DNA of 59,280 bases, the filler included, from Platydemus manokwari (lineage: Eukaryota), in NCBI GenBank assembly GCA_037951405.1. It is 5 parts of 5 records of this genome, joined end to end, with 100 filler letters (N's around TTAATTAATTAA, not from the genome) between each part and the next. Parts side by side here need not be neighbours in the genome. Positions count along the whole stretch, not along the records: positions 24,508 to 37,251 come from JBBMOY011982489.1; positions 37,352 to 46,654 come from JBBMOY011268762.1; 3 more parts are not named here. One strand, 5' to 3'. The notes under the pieces are model-generated. The model worked only from the letters and a program-made list of their open reading frames with translations, did no database searches and was not told the origin of the DNA. Positions 25,950 to 37,562 of this stretch are shown piece after piece. The position numbers were made by a program, and so were the translations under genes. Numbering within the stretch: position 1 is the stretch's first letter; each line of letters opens with the position of its first letter.

Positions 25950-28900
25950 GTTGCTTTTGATCTACTGTGAGTGGAAAAAATGTCTGCAGATCTTTCGATA
26001 GAATTTTTCGCACTGTCTTGGTATAGGTAAAATCTGTGATGATTTAAGTACCGTCACACGAATATGGTTGATACCTGATAAAGAAAAAGAAATGTGCATG
26101 CTATGTACAGTCTATCACATGCCGTAAATCTGATCAGCTCTTTCATCTCTGCACTCATCTGATTTGCCGTTGTATAGCATGTCGCCTTGCATTCCGGTTG
26201 GATTTTTATAAATTTGCAAATAGGCCTCTTTATTTTTTAAAAATGTTTGGAATTCTTCCAGATTCTGTTAATGAATATAAGGAAACTTCTCCACCTTATA
26301 TCCCAACTTCATATGTGTTATGTCCCATGTTTTGTGTCCCTGCTCAATATCTTCCCAATAGTGGAGTTACATCAAATACTGATAGTGTAAATATTGATAT
26401 TCCAACTTTTCCTATTCCTATAATTAATTTTTCACCTCCAACAGCTTTGCAAAATCTCATCGAACAAAATGAAGTAGATCTTGATGCTGAACCAGTCTTG
26501 GTCCCTTCCAACTCTCCTATACATATATCGCTACGTCGGAGTCTTAATACTTTCAATTGTACAAGTATAAATCTTTATGTCTTCTCTTCTTGTCTTAATA
26601 GCTATGATCCCGATGATGTTGTTCTTTCAACTCCCTTGTCTAGCCCTTCTTCTGTAATAAATCTTGATACTGATCGACCTCCTTCAAATTACATAGATCT
26701 TACCGATAATGACTCCTCTGTCATTGAACCAACTACTCTACAAATTCCTTCTTGTTTTTTTCTAATACCTCTGTATATACTCTTTCCCTATTTCCGAAAA
26801 CCTCTCCAAATATTCCTGTCATTCCATTAACTAAACTTTTTAACAATTTTCCAAATTCCAGTACTAGTTTAATCGTGATCTCTACCTTACGTCTTAGATG
26901 TACATATTTTCCTCGAGAATATGTCTTTCCTTTCAAGTCTATCTATCATATTCCTAAACACTGGAGTAGAGACAATAAATTCAAGAATGGGGCTTTAAAA
27001 TTGAACGTTTTTGCGGTTTTCTCTGTGACCATGCAGCAATGAAAAGTCTTGTTGCAAAACACCAAACAGAACTTCAACCCAACGGTTCTGATGACAACAA
27101 TCTAAACCTTTCATTCACAAATAAAGGTCTTGACAGCAAATGACTCAGCGGCCAGCCATTGAGGCTTTTCTTCGAACTAAGCTTTTTTGGGTTGAAGAAA
27201 TAATCTTCATTAGATCTCTGCCTGCAATAGCACTGTCTCGTAAAGATTAAAAAACTTTCTACTCCATTTTCCTTTTCATAAACTCGCAAAATAGCGAATT
27301 GTTTTATGGCTGATCCATTGGGAAACTTGTCATTGGACTTTATATATAGCTGATTTCCCTCATCATCTTTCTTTTTCTATTGCCTAACTTTGCTCATAGA
27401 AATCTTATCTCTGGAGTAAGTTAGATGAACTATTTCACTACCTTGTTGCTCTTCTTGTAATGTAACCATCAAATAATCATATGTTGAAGGTTAACTTAGT
27501 CAAGTCAACGATTATGGCTGTGGTCTCTTTGTGATACAATATGCTCTTGATTTCTGTGATAATAGTCCGGACGTCCATTCTCCGGGAGGCGCATTACTCC
27601 ATCGCGATATCAATCACAACATTTCTAATACCCTAAGATATCAAGAAACTCATCCGCCATCTCCAACATCATGTCGTTCTTCTACTCATCCTCTCTTGCT
27701 CGAGACTATTCTTTTGCTTGACGGTGACGAATCTGATATTAGCTCTATCTTAAATAGTGGGGAACGTGCAATTCAGTATCTTCATCCTGATCGCTTTCGT
27801 GAAAAGAATCTACCTCTTTTGCCTTCTAAACTTCATTTAAAATCAGTTGTCAGGCCAGTCTTGCCTTCTGCGTCTCCACTATCTTTTCCGCCAATGGAAG
27901 ATATTATCGATCGTTTAAGCATTCCAGCTCCTGATCCTTTACCACCAAACTGGTCTGTTAATCTTCCATTCTTCCAAAACTCTGTCGTTCGTCAGAATGG
28001 AACTATTGAAAAAGATATGTAATTCTTTAGACTCTTTGTCTGATTCTGCTCCAGGCTCTTATGGTCTTAAATATAGCGACTGACGTGAAATTGACTACGA
28101 CTTTTCTTTTTTGAATTGGATAGTCTCTGGAAAACTTCTTCCACCAAATCAAAAGGCTCTACTTTCTCAAAATGGTTGTGCAGAACACAACACTTGTCTT
28201 TCAATTTTTAGAGAAAACTTCCGTCAAAACAAAGTCCTTTCCAATATCTGTTGGCTTGACTTACGTGAGGCGTTTCCTAGCGTTCCACATGAGCACATTT
28301 GGATAACTTTACAATGAATGGGTTGCAACGCTCACCTTATAAGTCCCATACAAGCACTCTACTGCTTTGACCTCAACATATCACTGCAATAAGCATACCA
28401 CGAAGCCGATCTCGATTCTTCGTGGTGTTAAACAAGATTACCTCTTGAGTTTGACTTTTTTTTTCTTTCAATAGACTTCTTATTTAGATTCTCTGCAGAC
28501 ATAGAAAAACTCTTAACAATCTGTGGGTTTCCATTTACTACGTTTACATATGCAGACAAAATGTCATAATTGGGGCCACAAGGTAGAACTTTCAACATAG
28601 ATTAACACATAATGTAAACAGTGTAAATACTGTACACATGACATTAAATGTTTCAAAAATTGGGTATCATGTTGGTAACCCGGATCACAAATATGAAATT
28701 AAAATTAGCAATCAATTCATCCCCTTTGTTGATGAGAATAATCTATATCAATACCTTGGGGTCCCTCTTAGAAAAACCAAAACGTTCCAGTATCATTTTT
28801 GAATTGAACAACATTCTTTCAGACTTTCATGGTATCATTGATTATCATCTCTGTCCTGCACAAAAAATAAATGCCTTTCAGACTTTTCTCCACTCACGTT

Positions 28901-29590
28901 TACCTTTCCATCTCCGTATTCGTGACGTAAATACACAACAACTTAGTTCACCTCATCGAATACAACCTCTTGGATTCGTACCAAGTGTCGGCTTCCATGA
29001 GAAAATTCGTGAACTAGCCAGGTGTATTAAAGGTAAATACTATGTACAAAAACTGATTAACAACTTCTTTTATGCTCCTCGTAAACTTAGAATTCTTGGA
29101 TTATACTTGCTCTCTATAACTACTTTGTACAGTCAATTACCGGTGCTTTCAAGTTTCTTAGGAGTTGTTATATATCCTTCAGAAATCTTATGATTGCTCA
29201 CTTGATTAATATAACCGATGCTCTTTTGTTTCCACCGAACTCTACAAATCTTGAACGAACTCTTGAAAGGCTGTCTGATAAACTTCTTTCTATTTATGGA
29301 CCTATGGTGGACTTATGGTGGTCCAATACCAGACATGCTGTTAATATAGCTCTAAAGGGAATCATTAAACCATAAATTTACTGGACAGAAGTTATCAAAG
29401 AACATCTAACATCCTTTTAATTTTAAATCTCCACAGTCCTCCTTTTCACCAGAGTTATGGCAATAGTTCCCAACACTGAGTTTTTAATCGTCTTCAGGAC
29501 ACATCAATGTTACAATCATAAAATCAGTAAAAATTAAAATCATCTCCAATTGTTATTATTATTGTACAGTTGTTTATATTGATTAAATAA
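25950..29590 (+). mobile_element. Decayed non-LTR retrotransposon of the RLE group (NeSL/R2-like) with Ulp1-like protease and RT; endonuclease domain not detected
   Basis: RT motifs appear in order across frameshifts and stops: DSAPGSYG, NQKALLSQNGCAEHN, ICWLDLREAFPSVPH, ILRGVKQ, FTYAD, YQYLGVP, LCPAQKINAFQTFLHSRL, FFYAPRKLRILGL. Upstream are Ulp1-like HWTLYIAD (27331) and QVNDYGCGLFV (27501). Boundaries are approximate. Confidence 0.88.
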
Positions 29591-29949
29591 ACATCACTTT
29601 TATCACTTCAATTATTTTATTATATATCTATATAATTCGAGTTAATACACACAACCTACGCTTAGAAAATTTGGAAAATATGCTGGAAATACGTCTAGAA
29701 TAACTCATGTTGTTATTTAGTATCCGGTTTAAGTTTGGGTGCTGAATTACAATCTGCTGGAATCAAATTAAAATATTAAAAAGAAGCATATAATAAATTA
29801 TTATTTTTGAAGAAAGAGTCAGATGAGAATAATTTGGAGTAACTGTTAATATAGTTATTAATTTAAATGATAATCACAAATGAAGGATATGTAAATTATA
29901 AAATATTAGATCAAATTGAAGTAAATAAGTTAATGGATGTGATAGGAAA

Positions 29950-30850
29950 TGAAGAAATTATTTCAAAAGATGTATATACAAATTTATTATGCCAAAATTG
30001 TTAGCATTTACTATTACCTTATAAAGTGGAGTAAAACTAATTCCTTAACATATGAAAGAATAAAAACGTTTAAAAATGTTTATGATAAAAAAGGCGTTTT
30101 AAAAGTATAATAACAATTTATCTGAGTTTGATTTAGATTATCCTGAAAATATGCATGAAAAAACAAGAACTTTCCTTTAACTCCAAACAAAGGAAAAATA
30201 AGTTATGATTTATAAGAATGATAAATAAATTGTGTTAGGAAATGGTTTAGATTTCTATTTAAATCAATGAAAGATCTTTAAAAAAAGGTTCATAGAAAAT
30301 TAGTTGTGTAAACTAAATATTTGCGAAGAAGCTATGTTGAATTTAATATTAAGCAAAAAATATAACAAAATCAAATAAAGATGAAATTGGAATAGAATTA
30401 GTTAAACTTTTGTTTCAAAATAGTTTTGACGGAAAACAATTGAAAATCCTAGAAAAAAGACGAAATATAAAAATTGTTAATTATGTAAAAGACTTTCAAA
30501 TTTTAAAATCATGTGCCAAGTTATATTAAGTCATAAATTTAATTTCATTATGTTTGCAATTTTAGAATATGCATAATTAGTTATTATAATATTAATATAC
30601 TAGAAAAAATTTATCTGGAAAATATAAAATACATTCCGCAAACATGAAAAGTTTGTTTATAGAATTTACATTATATGTGAATGAAAATAAAGTGGGTATT
30701 ATGACTGAATTAAAAAGTTGTATAATAAGTGAAATATTTCAATTTAAAAATATAAACCCAGATGAAATTATAAAAATAGGTTATTTGATAGAACCAACAG
30801 TATATCATATAGTTTCAGGTAAAACTTATTTCAAAAAATACAAAGGATAA
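29950..30850 (+). mobile_element. Decayed protein-primed family B DNA polymerase (Polinton/Maverick/adintovirus type)
   Basis: EFDLDYPENMHEK..FPLTP (30124), KKVHRKL...SYVEFN and LVKLLFQNSFDGK/TIENPRK.RNIKIV (~30400-30480) match the pPolB motifs LEVDLEYP..LHD...PLAPE, KVHR, YI.FN and KLMNNS.FGKT.EN.RKR. Many stops and frameshifts. Confidence 0.78.
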
Positions 30851-32324
30851 AAGTAGTAGCAGAGAACAATAAATAAATACGAATCTTAGAAATAAATCTT
30901 TTAACATCGTCATGTCCTACTCAAGACACCAGAAAAAATATAGTTAAAAATTCATTAAAAATGACTATGACATAAACAAAAAAAATAAATAAGTGAGAAA
31001 AATCATTGCTTATATATATTTCGATTTATATACAACATTATAAATAATTTTTCAAATATTTTTCGGTCGTTTAAGATCTTTTACAAGTTTATATACGATG
31101 TAGGAAAAACTCGTTAAGGTATGATTCCCATAAGTTCTACATTTATTCAAAAATCTTATAAAATGTTTCTCATTAATCTTTCCAGTCATCTAATCCCGGG
31201 ATAGCTGATCGATTAACGCATTAAAATGTCCATAAAATGTGTTCCTGATAAATTACATAAAAATCCAAACTAAAAGAAAAAACGGACTGTGGTCACATCA
31301 ATAAATACCAGAAATAATATTTTGAGCGTTTTTATTATTTGATTTATTTATATAGCGTACGTAAAGGAAACGCGTTCTCCTATACATTAACGGAGAAACT
31401 AGATACTAAAAATAATATTCAATTAAAACGCTCATCAATAATCAAAACTTATTAATTATAATAATACATTTTTACAACTTGTATCTATAAGCAATGATTT
31501 TTCTCAATTTTTTATTCTTTAGTTTATGTCATAACGACTCATAGCTATTATCCAACTGAAAAATTGATATAATTTTAACCATATTTTTTTCTGGTGTCTT
31601 GATTAGGACATGAAAACTTTTTTTGAAGGGAATATGCTCACTTATTGGTCTCCACTACTTCTTGTACATAAGAAATAATAATATTTGTGAAATAAATTTT
31701 AAGAAAGTTATTTATAGTAATGTAATTGTAAAATATATTAATAATGGCTATGAGAAACCACTCAACACTAAATAACCACGAAAATTAATAATATACATGA
31801 TTAAATATTTTCGCACAAACAAACCCTAATAAATTTTTGGAAATGAAATAAATAATTATTCTGTAAATATCAAATTAATTTTTGCACAAAAATTCTGGTA
31901 CAAAAGTTTCATACAAAATTTTAACGGCATAAAGTTTCAGCAACGTAAAAGTCGTATTCCGATAATTCGTTACAAAATTAATTGGACGAATTTTATTATT
32001 ATCATTGGATAATTTCCTTATCCGCTTTAATATTTATTATTTCAATTATTCTGAAAATAATTTTAAAATCCATGATGAGTAAATTTTTTATTATCATTAT
32101 AATAAACTGCACATCTACGGCTATTTTTAACTTTATGGTCTTTTAAAATTCAATACAAATATGTATGATAGATGATGGAATACAAACGTTACCAGGGAAA
32201 ACTATAAAATTGAAGTTATGTAAATATTATTTTGGAAATCGTCGTTTGATTTTTATTTACGTATAAAATTACTGAGCAGAATTTATAAGAGTAGTATAAA
32301 AAGATATTTTATAGAACATTTCTG

Positions 32325-32440
32325 AGTAGAGCGGTGGGGAAGCAGAAGGTGATGTGCATCAAGCCGCTGAGTGAACAGGCTTGGTGACAAATAGCCTTGT
32401 CATACTGCTTATAACTTTTCAAAGACTCGCGCTTATCTTG
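32325..32440 (-). mobile_element. Tiny GC-richer non-LTR RT fragment
   Basis: Minus-strand AV*QGYLSPSLFT resembles the RT motif GVRQG..LSP.LF. Local GC content is clearly above background. Confidence 0.4.
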
Positions 32441-32538
32441 TATGTATTATTTACATGATCTATAAGTGTACAAGTTTTATATAATATCTTTACAATTAAT
32501 AGTTATTTTTATTTCAATGATCATTAATTATTCTATAG

Positions 32539-32802
32539 TATCAATGTTGTGGTGGTACCAGCATCAATAATTTTTATGAAGATATGACAAGCACAGAAAC
32601 GAATATCCCAAGTAGCTGCTGTTTGCATTCGCCTAATGTTTGTAATATAATCACCTCTTCAATTTTTAAACCTACGTGTTTGGATATTTTATATCATAAT
32701 ATTTCTACTAATTATCATCTGGTCTTTACTTCTCTTGGTTTAATGGTATTTTTTCAATTTGTCGCGGCTTATTTCTTAAATTTGACCAGAACAGAAGAAT
32801 AA
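32539..32802 (+). CDS. Tetraspanin terminal exon (EC2 loop and TM4); upstream exons not found
   Basis: After acceptor ttctatag: YQCCGGTS...IPSSCC...C...TCLDIL...LVFTSLGLMVFFQFVAAYFL. It contains CCG, PxSCC, the last EC2 Cys and a TM4 with a polar Q. AATAAA lies shortly after the stop. Confidence 0.85.
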   Translation, partial: YQCCGGTSINNFYEDMTSTETNIPSSCCLHSPNVCNIITSSIFKPTCLDILYHNISTNYHLVFTSLGLMVFFQFVAAYFLNLTRTEE

Positions 32803-35800
32803 TTAAAATAGATTTATGAATAAAACGTATTTAATTTAAAGCATATGTGTATCTTTATTGTTTTCCTAAAGTTCAGTGAAGTGGAAACAAAATTTTTTTT
32901 TATTAAATTACATAATTTATAATTTTAAATCTAAATTTTTAGAAAAAAATAAATATCAATCACAAATTTTATTTGTCGATCTTTTATAGTAAATTTTTAA
33001 ATGACTCGATAATTAAAATTAATATGATATTATGAAAATTATTTTTTTAAGAAAAATAATAGAATTTTCAAGTTTTGTTTTAATATTCTATTTTAATTTA
33101 CTTCTTATTTGTAACTTTTCCAATTTATCTAAAAACAATCTAATAAACCTGATATATCTAAAATATTTTAACATTCAAATTCGAATTTCAATAAAACCAG
33201 ATATTTTAGAATATAATTAGTTTATCAGATTTATTTCTAAATTTTAATATTTATATAGAATTGATTTAACTCGAGGAAATAGAAAATTATAATTAAGTTA
33301 AGTGATTTATTAGTTGATTGGTAAAATAATATTTCAACAAATTGTGGATTGTGTTCTATAATTAGACAATTTTGGCCATATTAAAGTCTGTAGATAGGAA
33401 AAAAGTCATGGGTTCTAACTAACTTTTGTGTCTTTAATTGATGTTCCTAAAAGGATTATTTTAATTCTTATTAATAATCATGATACGAATTTTAAATGAA
33501 ACACAAAATATTCATTTCAATACCTCCTGACAAAAAGCCCATTGGCACCATCTTAAAATTATGACGAAAATCGTCGGTCAATGGAAAATCTAAAATCAAC
33601 TAGTTCAAGGCACACAAAAGCTGGGCACGAAAAGATAAACAAACAAATTAGCTTACTATAAGCATACAGTTCTTAAGTCATGTCAAATTCCGACAAAGAA
33701 ACACGAAAGGAAAATATTCTCGAAAATAATAACGATTAGGAACTCAAATTTATCGAACGAAATCAGTGAATATCATTAATAATCTTGCATTTATATGCAA
33801 CTTCTAATTATCTTGACCTCGGAACAGCTTAAATCATGTTGCTATGACACCATTTTTTTCTTATTTCTCATAAATGAGAATATTTGTTTCGAATTAACTC
33901 ATTTGCCTCTTGATATATTTTAGACACGTTAGCGTAACCTTGATCAATGTCTTCATGTCATACAATCTATTACATTCTAACTTATTTTTATAGTAAAATC
34001 GGCCTTGTTATTCACGATACCTCTAATTGCCGATTGCTCATCAAATCAAAATTATCATTTCTATCAAAACGGTTTTATGACACACAACCTGTTTATTTAG
34101 AAATATCAAATTTGTTTTATGAAATTATTAACACAAAATCACATAATTAATCTTCTAAGGTCAATGCAATTTGAAAAAAGATGCTATGACATAACTCTAT
34201 TCACCAAACAAATGTCTAATAAATCATGACAGTAAATATGTAGTGTGGCGACTATGAAAGCGGCGTCAATAGTCCAATATAATAAAAGTCTATTACTCTT
34301 TAGCAAATCACTATGCATTATGAACAATATGTATATTGTTGCTAAAACTTTTTCCACAATTTAATTTTAACAAAGGCAAAATAAAACTCGATATCAACTA
34401 CTAACAATAAACTGAGCAATTAACTGGCGAGAATTATTAACTAAATTCAAAGATAAGACCGTGATTAGTATTCCCCAATGTAGTTTTGTAGCTCAGAAAC
34501 GTTCACAAGAGGATTGGTAAACATGAAGTAACTGGTATTTCAAGAAAAAAATAAAATGTAAATGATGTTTACCTCTTATTTGAATTAGCTATAAATATCG
34601 TTTCTCGCACTTCCAGGCTAAACACTTCGGGTACAAACTTCAATCTTTAAATTTAAAGGAAAATTTTCAATGAGCAACTGCACATAAAAGACTGTCGGTG
34701 AAATTAATACGATTTGGCTTTGAACGAATTTTCGGATGATCTCTATCTCCTATCTCTGCTTTGATATGCATAATTTTTAACTAATGATTTCATTAAGTTA
34801 TTAATATACCATTGTTAATGTCGGAACTGGTTAATGTAATTCTCAACTGTCAGGATTTGTCTGTGAATTATCCACGAAATTAAAATTCTGATGAACTCAA
34901 AGATAAGAAACATAAGATAAAACAAATAAAATAAAAGATAAAACAAATGCAATTATGATTAAAAGAGTAAAATAAAAATGTGTTAATAGGTTATTACCTA
35001 AGGTAATGATAAATTCATAAAATAGAATTAAATTACTATTCATTAATATCTGACATTGAAAACAGAATGAAATGATAACTTATAAGGTTAAAATTAAATT
35101 ATTTAATAATGTTAATTTTCAAGGTTAATTATTTAGTACAAATTATAGCAATTTTTAGTTCATAATAACAGTTACTAGTTACTTTCGGTAACTGAAATAA
35201 ATAGATAGAACGTTCATATTATCTGTAGTATGCATGAACAACAGTATGTACACAAAGGGGGTGTGCATTGTTAAAATAAGTATAAAAAGAGCGAGTTAAC
35301 TTTTTATTTTCGTTATTCAACCAGAGACTGCAAAAAGGTAAGATGGTTCTTGTTAAAGTGGTTAGCCTTGCAACAAGTGTAGTTGTAGGAGATTAGAAGT
35401 ATTGTAGAAGGTATTTTATATTAGCAGTGAGTTAATTAGTAAAGTATTGTGCTATAGTGTGATATTAGCCAGGAATAGATTCTGAGTTATTGTATCATTA
35501 ACTTAACTTTATTCGGACTGGTGTTCCCAAGACGTTATATTCGGTGTAAATTATAATATAAATATATCTTACTCAGGGAGACGTATTTGTTTTTACTCAG
35601 TATACACCAGAATTAGAGTAGGAAACAGATTAGAAAAATAAGATCCAGCCGTTGAGTTAGAGCAGTTTTAAAAATTCTAAAGCTTGGGTTTCTGTTTTAC
35701 TTAATGATTTATTCTGTGGATTATTATCTCATTTATAGGGATTTAATTTTGCTACTTTTTAATTTATTTTAAATCCTGATGGAATTTTAAAATGGAATAA

Positions 35801-36225
35801 TTTTTCAGCCTTGACCTTTGAAGTTTTGACTGAACTAAACTTATTTACAATTTTTCATAAATAATATAAAATTATTGACACTTTTTCTTAAATAAATCAT
35901 TAATATTCACAGTTTTTTTATAAATAAAATTACCAAATATTTTTTCTGTCTAATAATTTATACATTAATATATTGTGATTATTAGAATGATTCGAATTTG
36001 ATTTGAGTTTGAATTTCGATGAAGTTCTAACAAGCAAATAACAATGTATTCAAATGAAAATAATAAATCAAGTAATATAATCAATTAAGTAGTTATATTA
36101 ACTGATTTCCGAAAAGAAAAGCAAAATTAATTCAATTTTAAATATTAAAAATGCAGATCCAAAAAGCTATGTTTAATAAATGATTAAATAACGACAAAAT
36201 CAAAAAATGCATAGATTATCAGTAG

Positions 36226-36391
36226 TACAGGGTTTTTTGAGTTTTAAAATAAATTTTGCACAATTTAAGATAATTATTTACATGAATAAGATAATTGTTT
36301 AAATAATATTTTCAAATAATATTTCTCTTATTCATGTAAATAATTATCATAAATTGTGCAAAATTTATTTTAAAACTTAAAAAACCCTATA
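36226..36391. mobile_element. Foldback MITE with ~63-bp inverted arms and TA-flanked CAGGG terminus (Tc1/mariner superfamily-like)
   Basis: 36229-36291 is the reverse complement of 36326-36388 with 2 mismatches. Ends read TA|CAGGGT...ACCCTA|TA. Confidence 0.8.
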
Positions 36392-37180
36392 AATAATTTA
36401 ATATTTTGATTTTAAGAGGGGCAATGTTAAATGATTTAAATACCCAAAATATGAAACTTTGAATAATTTACAAACCAACAATAAATAATGTGCTGAAAAA
36501 TAGCATATGGAATCGTGATAAAGCCATACAGAGAATGAGTATGCCATAAAGTCCAATTCAGTTGTGAAGTACAGTAAATTGACAAGTGCAAACGGTAATT
36601 ATCGTAAACACAACAGATGTGTAATTGATTGAGTATAGACGTATGGATGGTGAATATATCATTATGATGGGCTTCTGTCTAATAATTTCCATTAGTAACG
36701 AAACAAGTAGGACGAACAAACCTAGGTTTAAGAAATTTTATCAAACCAATAGAAAATACAATAAAATAACTTGTGACTTTTAAATTTCATTTTAACATTG
36801 AGCAAAATAAACGTTGGTATTTAAGTAATACTTGATTTGAATAAAATAAGCATATATCAAATCAAATTCATACATTGCAGAAGTAATTATCTGTGAATAC
36901 TAGAACCTCTCTCTCTTAATCACGTAATTCTACATCACATACTACTGTAGTAAATCGAACCAGAATTTTCTATATTGTGATTTTTTGTTTGTAAAAATAA
37001 ATACTAGTAAAGATTAACACTTGATTCTGGGGATTTATATTATTTGTTGCGTAAGAAATTGAAAAAATTGGAAATATAACTACAATCTGTAATCAATCAT
37101 TGGTCACTACTACACAAAGAATGGATAGATATACGAGACATAAGGGCTTGAATATTATTAATATATAATAATATTAACTA

Positions 37181-37251
<71 letters not shown>
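37181..37251 (+). repeat. (AAT)n microsatellite at a contig end
   Basis: About 23 perfect AAT units running into the gap. Confidence 0.97.
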
Positions 37252-37351
37252 NNNNNNNNNNNNNNNNNNNNNNNNNNNNNNNNNNNNNNNNNNNNTTAAT
37301 TAATTAANNNNNNNNNNNNNNNNNNNNNNNNNNNNNNNNNNNNNNNNNNNN
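37252..37351. other. Artificial contig spacer
   Basis: N44-TTAATTAATTAA-N44. Confidence 0.97.
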
Positions 37352-37562
37352 CAATCCTTCGTAAACTAGGTATTATAACGAATATATTATTATTATGGTT
37401 CAAACAATTCTCTTTTGCAAGTTCCTAAGGAAAACTTTCCCAAAAATTCCAGAAAAAATAAAACATGTTTGAATTTTCAATTTTATCTGCTATTTCTATT
37501 TAACACTTTTTGTGCTTCATTTGACTTGAAATTTTTCAAATAACTGTGAGATGACGATTTAG

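Noticed and set aside
33400-35650. Possible gypsy integrase relic and LTR
   Set aside because: Composition is suggestive, but no unambiguous catalytic motif or paired LTR was found by eye.
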